A stretch of DNA of 64,000 nucleotides from Trypanosoma brucei (taxonomy: Eukaryota). Position 1 is the first letter of the stretch, and each line of letters starts with the position of its first letter. Below the pieces are notes generated by a model, which saw only the letters and a program-made list of their open reading frames with translations, ran no database searches and was not told the origin of the DNA. The stretch covers positions 1,312,001 to 1,376,000 of the forward strand of contig CP000068.1 of NCBI GenBank assembly GCA_000002445.1, read 5' to 3'. Both the position numbers and the translations under genes were made by a program. Below, one piece after another: positions 57,435-64,000 of the stretch.

Positions 57435-60400
57435 CATACGGTGGGGTTTTCTACACGCAGCGAGTAGTGTGAGTGTGTGGGGAGGGGTTAGTTGTTGTGA
57501 AGACTATGTGTGCAGCTGCCTCACCGACACATGCCCTTATTCCAACCGTTACTATGCGAATAATCACGAATTATCCCCTTTAATGGAGTAATTTTTTTTT
57601 CCCTCCGTTTCTTATCATTTGAATAACATAATGAACCAACAGGTCCATGAGGGAAATAATATGAGGAAATTATTAGGGTGGAGAATGGAGGCCCTATCTG
57701 TAGTGAATAAAAGTGTGTCGACAACCCCTTGTGGTGTTGTGCATTTTCGCCACTAATGGAATCACTTTGTAGATGCTCGAGGTACTGATTGTACATGTAT
57801 ATTTGCTGTTGTGCGGAGCTTTTGCCTCGGAAATTAAGAAAACAGAAATGCACTATCATCCCCGTCTCATGTGATAGATGCGGAGAATGCAGTTAAAAAA
57901 GCGTGTGTTTTATTCGCATTTAATAGGTGACACAAGAGAGAGCGGCACGAGGTAAGGAATGAGGTATCGTGAAATTGGTGTGGGGATTTTCCTGTTTGGG
58001 GCCACAATTAATGAAGGGATAAATGAAGGAAAAGGTACTGATAAATATTGACGAAAACGGTGTTTGCATCATCTTCGCTATTACCGAAAGGAAATGACTC
58101 CATGGGTGCATGGGCCAATTTTGAATATTATAATGATCTGTTGCCGCAACTTTCCCTCCATTGAACCAAACTCCACCTTTTCTTTTGCGTTCTCCCATTT
58201 TTTTGGGGGGGCCCACGAAAGGAACGGTCAAACCTTACTGAATGATTTGTTATGTTTCTTTCGCTCATATATGAAGTCAGTATAGCGGAGGGAGCTTTTT
58301 CTTTTTTTCGAAAAAAAAAGGTAAGCTTCACAGATATGCCAACGGCAACTCCACAGACCATTCTGGATGTAGAATGGACAAAGGCCTTGACATAAACAAA
58401 AGCTTTTGTATAAAGGAGGGAACAAACCCCATTTTCAATTGGAAATGGTTCGTCGCTCAGAAACTTCACGTCGCATGCAGACGGTATGTTGAAATTGGAA
58501 AATGGGGAGTTTCAAGTATTCTTTGAAAATAAGGAAGTGAACTTCATTTACCTACGGAATTCATTGGTGTCTTTCAATATGCCCCAAAGCGCTGTATTTT
58601 TTACGGTCTTTTGAAGAAGCCCGAGTGATGTTTTGAAATAAATGAACGGTGCTTGAGGAAAATAAATCAGTTCTATTCCAGAAGTATGAAATGATACGGC
58701 ACAAATGGGTGACAGGCGCTGGCGCATTCAAACTCAGTTGATAGGAATTAATGTTGAGAATTGTAGAATAAGGCAGGGGAATTTTTCAATTGAGAGAAGA
58801 GTTGGATCAGATGCATTCGCATATAGGTAGATTAGAAGAGATAAACGAATCATCAATACCTGAGGTGAATCACTGGAAAACGATTGCCCATTTACAAACG
58901 TTTTCCAATGATTCAGTTGGCTTCACAGAAGGAAGTATGTAAATGGGAGGAAGGATGTACAACCCGATGCTTTTTACCAACCGTATTTGAGAGAGAAAAA
59001 ATCCATTCTCCTGGTTAGTAGAGTTTGACGCTATAGCTGTGGAAAGTTAAATTATTATGGTTCTACATTTTATGCCAAGGAAAAGAAAATACTTCAGCAG
59101 CCGAAAGGTGGGATTTGGCCACGGAAACAATGAAACTTGAGTGCCGAGAGAGTATTGGAATCCATACCCATGAATATAAAAATCCGAAACCCTTAAGTGC
59201 GTGGGTTACGGAATAGAAAGAGGGCAATTGGATGTGGTTTTAGATCCCATGAAAACAATAAATAAAGAATCGTACTCTAAATCTCTCCAGCCAACAAAGA
59301 CACTGGTAAACGACACGATCATAATAAGAAAACTTCTGAGCCACGATCCGGTTACTGTGGCGTGGGCTTCAGGGACAAATCACATTGTAAAATGCATTTG
59401 GACGCAGCCAACATGAGAACATGTGGCTCCGATACCGAGAAGGTCCTGCGATTTCTCGAGAAAGCACAAGTTAGAGTTAGAATAGGTTAGGCCCTGTCTT
59501 CTCTTTATTGTGAGTATGCAATTGGCAAAAAACAACACAACGCAGCATACAGGAACTTTATTGTTAATGGTGGCACTCGGAAGAGAGTGGTTTGTAGCAA
59601 CCGGAATAAGAAAAGATAGTATGAAGTTGTAAGGTGGCTGTGGCGACTCAAATATCGACGAACCAGCGGGCACGAATAACTGATCGCTTCTGCAGGTGCC
59701 ACTCTACAACATCGCACTGTTCTACGGAGGAGCGAAAACGGGAACAACAACAACGAGACGCTTCTGGAAAATTTATCCATAAACAGGTCTCACTACAAAA
59801 GCGAATACAACTTATTATGGAGACAATAAAGGACGCATTCTGAATGGGATACTTCTACAAGGATATTCACGATTTTAGGGTTTGGTGGCAACCACATGGA
59901 GGAGAGGGTAAGAACCTGAGGTATTTTCTGTTATCGTGTTACTGCGGAAGGGATTCCGACGGCATATAATGGGTATGGGAAATGTTGCAAGCGCATGACT
60001 ACCACATCCCTCAGTGAGCTACCAGCATTAGTGAGCGAAAAGCAAAAATCCGCTTCAGGCATGCCACTTTGCGCTTGTACCTCACACTGTCATATGAAAA
60101 AATTGAGATGTAATACTATGAGGCGAAAAGAAAAGAGCAAGAGTCACAGCAAGGGTGCAAGGTAGAGCATGTCGTATTGTGTCTGGAACGCTCAGCTAAC
60201 TCATGGTATTTACAATAACAAATCACTTGGTCACATGAAGTCCGGAACACAACTGGTGGTGGCACCTAAACTACTGCCTGAGCGCTCTCCAAAGTCCTAC
60301 ACATATAATAATATCAGTTGACCGTGCACAAATTAGAAGAGAGATGCATATGATACTGCTAAATGCCACTATGGACCACATGAGGAGGTGAACACAGAGA

Positions 60401-62080
60401 GACAGAGAAGAGAAATCAGTGATATCTTTGCAGAATCATCAATTTGTACGATGTGCGGCATTGAGCCTAAAAGTGCTTGTGGAATTACTTCAGATTATAC
60501 CGTGGTGACACACGCTAGTCAAATTGAGGTACGATTCCCCTCAGATCGATGCTACTGAAAATCATGGAGGAGACGTAAATAAGTGTAGAATTTGTACATT
60601 TACTTTGTGCGAAAAAGGGTAGGCCCCGTAATACATAGTGGACCAAAACACTGCTCTGAATCGTTGCTTGTGCTCACAGCGCAACAAAATCAAATGGGTA
60701 TGTTGGTTCAATGCGAAGCACAGTAACGTGGAACTAACGGAAAAATATAGGTTGCAATAACGGCACCACTACATGCAGTTGCGAAGTGAAATAGAGGATC
60801 GGTGGTTCCAGGTCGAGTCCAGAAGAATTCCCAGCGATGCAACAGGAGCGGAGACAGGGCGGTACGGTGCCCCCGAGACCCATTAACAACTTTAAAGGAA
60901 TGTGTGATACCGGTGAAAAGACAAGTGATGGAATACGAAGCTGCGGAACAGCGACATGCTCAACTCTCCCAGGAAATGAGAGGAATACAGTGGCGTGTTC
61001 AATACAGCGTATACGCTGTAGCTTCTTAACAGAATTGTTGGGAGAGTTAACTTCATGCGTAGGGGCCCGATGTTGCGGGAAAAAACCTACCAAGAGCAGC
61101 ATCGGCACCGGGCATCGCCAAACAGTTGCAAGATACGAAGGGATATCGCTTGGGCAAACGCTGTTGGAAAAGAGTGGAGGATTTGGTAACCGCAGTGGTG
61201 ACAGAAATGTGCATTGACAGACGAGATATCGGTTCGCTTCGAGAAGATGGAGGTCATGGACCCTTTCATAAAATGTCAAAACTCGACATTATCGTTTTGG
61301 AGCTTCACACTTATGTGTTGAGCCTATGTTTAGTGTAGTCAGGATGTGACAGAAAGTGTTATGCGGCAGCAAACTTTTCCATGGGTAAAGGTGCCCCTAA
61401 TGGAATCCACGGGATCGAGGAAACTACTCACCCTGGTGAGTGGGAAGAGAATCCGTATAATAAGCTTATGTGCCAGGTGTTGAAGAATCTCGCTGTTGCT
61501 GTTGGCTTGGAATGAGTGACGTTAAAAGATTGTTTTCAGAAGATATTCTATTTCTTGTGTACGATCAAGAAAGCCATCTCTGGCACTGGTGGTTCCCTCT
61601 CGAGAGAAGAACATAAGCGCTTGAAGAGATGCAAGTGTATTACGTAGTGTCGAATTTCCGAATTTGGTTCTGATGAAGAAGCGTAGGGGCTCTCTTAACC
61701 AAAATCCACTGGAGCTGCAATCGCCCTGAGGTATGGGACTTCTCAGAAAACCTAGCAATGCTGTCAAAAAAATGTACGAATGGATCAGGGACTATCTGGG
61801 GCATCCCTTACTGTCAAGGATTATGCTCGGTGTGTGTGCATCAACGTGTTGATGGCGAACCTCCCTCAGTTTATGATACTGAAATTAAAAGGAAATGGGA
61901 TACATGTTCGGCAAGAGTTACAGTTCCTTTTAATTTGACGCACCGAGAAGAAAAGAGATTTACAAGCTAGAAGTGTTTCTTCGTGGGTTGCGCATGCTGT
62001 TTAATTGAAAATAAAGTTGTAGGTGTATGACTTTTTTTGTTGCGTGTGATTTTTCTTGAAAGGTAATTGAAGGAAGTGCA

Positions 62081-63214
62081 ATGATAATGTGTAAAAAGTT
62101 ACTGGGATTAATTGTGGGGGTTGTTTCGATAATGATGATAACACCCGTGTCCAGCGTAGAGGAAGAAATAGTTAATGAGGGTGAATTTAAGACATTATGT
62201 GATTTTGTCAGCTTAACAGAACGAATAAACGAGTCGCTAGAGTTGATAGAAAAGTCAGGAGTAAGCGTGTCTTTTCTACAAAAAAAAGTTACAGATGTAT
62301 TGTTTGGAACGGGAATTGGGGATGTTAGTAAAATGAAATGGCAACCTCACAGGGATATGGATTGTGGCACTAACAGTGGAAACCGAGCTTTCTGGGCAGG
62401 AGAGGCCCTCGTGAAAGATATTCTTTGTTTGTGCGAAAGGACAGATGGCTTGCACTCGCCACCCGAGCATCTTTGTTATCGTGGAAACAGCAAACGACAT
62501 AACGCTGACAACTGGAAAACCCCTACGAACCGCAAAAATACATGGAATGAACTACAAAATAAGTGCAAAAAGGGAGGTATCGAAGGCGCACCAACAAGGA
62601 CTGAGCTTCAAGATATGAGAAAACAACTCGAGGCAGGTATAAAGAAACGTAACGATTCGCATCACGGTGAGTACTGCATTTACGGAGGGGACAAAACTAA
62701 GACGCTAAGAATCTGCGATGGCCACCGAACAGAAACCAACGGCATTTGCGTAATGTATCCAAGGGGAACTGATGGGGCCAATGCAAGTGGTATTGAATGG
62801 CTTAATAAGCTCGAAAGACTGGTGAAAGAAGTCGAGAAAATAACAAAGGATGAAGGTACAAGCAGGCACACAAAACCAAGTAGTGACGGAGAGCCGAGCA
62901 TGGACGCAAAACCAAACTCAAACTTAAAGCCAAGCACGGAGGGAGAACTCACCATCCGAGCGATCAGACGAACCACGAGAAAAGGGAAACCCAGATGCGC
63001 AAACAACTACCACCACAGAGACAGAGACAGGTTTAACCACGGCAAGACCACCAGAAGAACAAAAGAGTTCAACCAAAATTATTTTACAGTCTATATGGGT
63101 ATTTTTATTTTGGCTGTTTGTATAAATTGGTCCATCATTCAATTGTTTTTATTTTTAAACCTTAATAAGGAAAGTAAGACAAACGCGGGCGCAGAAGACC
63201 AGCGAACAGGATGA
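62081..63214 (+). CDS. VSG-fold-like (VSG/ISG/ESAG-like) surface protein with signal peptide and C-terminal TM
   Basis: The 377-aa ORF has an N-terminal signal peptide (MIMCKKLLGLIVGVVSIMMITPVSSV). It has the EF..LC motif (EGEFKTLCDFVSLTE) that is characteristic of the N-terminus of trypanosome VSG A-type and related folds. It has conserved Cys spacing. The C-terminal hydrophobic segment (YFTVYMGIFILAVCINWSIIQLFLFL) is followed by a 16-aa hydrophilic tail (NKESKTNAGAEDQRTG). That favours a TM anchor over a GPI signal. Confidence 0.55.
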   Translation: MIMCKKLLGLIVGVVSIMMITPVSSVEEEIVNEGEFKTLCDFVSLTERINESLELIEKSGVSVSFLQKKVTDVLFGTGIGDVSKMKWQPHRDMDCGTNSGNRAFWAGEALVKDILCLCERTDGLHSPPEHLCYRGNSKRHNADNWKTPTNRKNTWNELQNKCKKGGIEGAPTRTELQDMRKQLEAGIKKRNDSHHGEYCIYGGDKTKTLRICDGHRTETNGICVMYPRGTDGANASGIEWLNKLERLVKEVEKITKDEGTSRHTKPSSDGEPSMDAKPNSNLKPSTEGELTIRAIRRTTRKGKPRCANNYHHRDRDRFNHGKTTRRTKEFNQNYFTVYMGIFILAVCINWSIIQLFLFLNLNKESKTNAGAEDQRTG

Positions 63215-64000
63215 ATGGAACAAAAAGCTTATGTTTTTCACCCATTTGTGAGGTTTTCTAGTGAATAGTTTTGACACTGTGAAAAAGTATATAACCTGCC
63301 GGAACCTACGTGTAGCAATGCAAGTTGAGCAAAGCAAAAGTGAAGAGAAACGGGAGTAAAAAAAAAAAGGACTTATTCCTTTTACAGATAAAAAAATAAG
63401 TAAAGATATTGGCATTGTTATTATGGAATCTGGAAAGACAAATATAAAGGAACCGCCTTATGTACACAAACCTTAAGCCTTACGGGCGATTACAGTTAAC
63501 TCAGTTGAATTATGAGACCGAATGGGCGAGACCTAATTATGGAAACCTGGTTGGAGCGTTTAGGAAAGGGGGGGGGCAAAAAGAGAGTTATGTATGCAGA
63601 AAGCAATCAAAAATACGGTCAAATCCAATCAAGTTTGTGTGGCGACGAAGTCACCTACAAGTGGTGAAGGAAGCGCGAACAAAAGGGTTCACGAACTTCG
63701 ATCAAGTCTCTAAATAAAACACCAAAAGAACTAAATGTGTGGTTTTTCATTTAATGAGAGGAAAGTGAAGCCACCAAAAGACATATTGTCTGAGTTGACT
63801 TTATTTGTGTAACCCTAAAGTTTGAGGTACATGAATGTTGGGAATCGTACGATACAGCTGAGGGTCGATCAAAAGGGCTGTGGGTGAAGGAAACACCTGC
63901 ACGGTGGATTAAACATTAAGTTAAAAGGCGCTGAAGGCGGCAGAAGGGACCCTCATAGTCTTTGAAAGGCTTCTTCATGGGAGGAAACAATCAGAATGAA

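Noticed and set aside
57435-62080. Expected 70-bp repeat array upstream of the VSG-like gene
   Set aside because: There are no TAA/TGA-rich 70-bp repeat units or GT-rich imperfect repeats of that family. The gene is therefore unlikely to be a canonical VSG cassette.
63800-63830. The telomere-like hexamer aaccctaa near the window end
   Set aside because: It is a single occurrence with no tandem CCCTAA/TTAGGG array, so it is not a telomere or subtelomeric repeat.
1-64000. Prokaryote-style features (CRISPR arrays, operons, IS elements, sigma-70 promoters, rho-independent terminators)
   Set aside because: The sequence is clearly kinetoplastid nuclear DNA, with polycistronic unidirectional gene arrays and eukaryote-specific proteins such as MVP, LC8, SAR1, ELO and receptor adenylate cyclase. 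Those feature classes therefore do not apply.

Overview
This window looks like kinetoplastid nuclear DNA, most probably an African trypanosome of the Trypanosoma brucei group. It is intron-free, genes sit in dense unidirectional arrays, intergenic regions carry (TA)n(TG)n microsatellites, and it encodes receptor-type adenylate cyclases of the GRESAG4 kind. No prokaryotic features are present (no CRISPR, operons or IS elements). A minus-strand polycistronic array spans about 845-19644. It contains a CAMK-like protein kinase, dynein light chain LC8, major vault protein, a coiled-coil protein with a degenerate cyclase-homology domain, two further long coiled-coil proteins, the SAR1 GTPase and an ELO fatty-acid elongase. 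An ORF-free divergent strand-switch region of about 9.5 kb follows (19645-29201), with mirrored GT/AC strand skew and two GC-rich islands. A plus-strand array then runs from about 29202 to the window end and is rich in surface and secreted proteins. It holds two near-identical tandem GRESAG4 adenylate cyclase genes (a 6.5 kb unit present about 1.95 times) and a guanine-deaminase-like amidohydrolase. It also holds two copies of an 820-aa type-I membrane glycoprotein (a 7.07 kb unit present about 1.55 times), mosaically divergent in the N-terminal ectodomain. Further downstream are a 395-aa secreted protein, a 4.6 kb ORF desert and a 377-aa VSG/ISG-like surface protein. I could not identify any rRNA or tRNA gene by eye. 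I see no single 'new system' of the prokaryotic defence-island type. The most interesting signals are the promoter-like strand-switch architecture, the concerted and mosaic evolution of the two surface-gene duplications, and a catalytically degenerate cyclase-like domain protein encoded across the strand switch from the active receptor cyclases.
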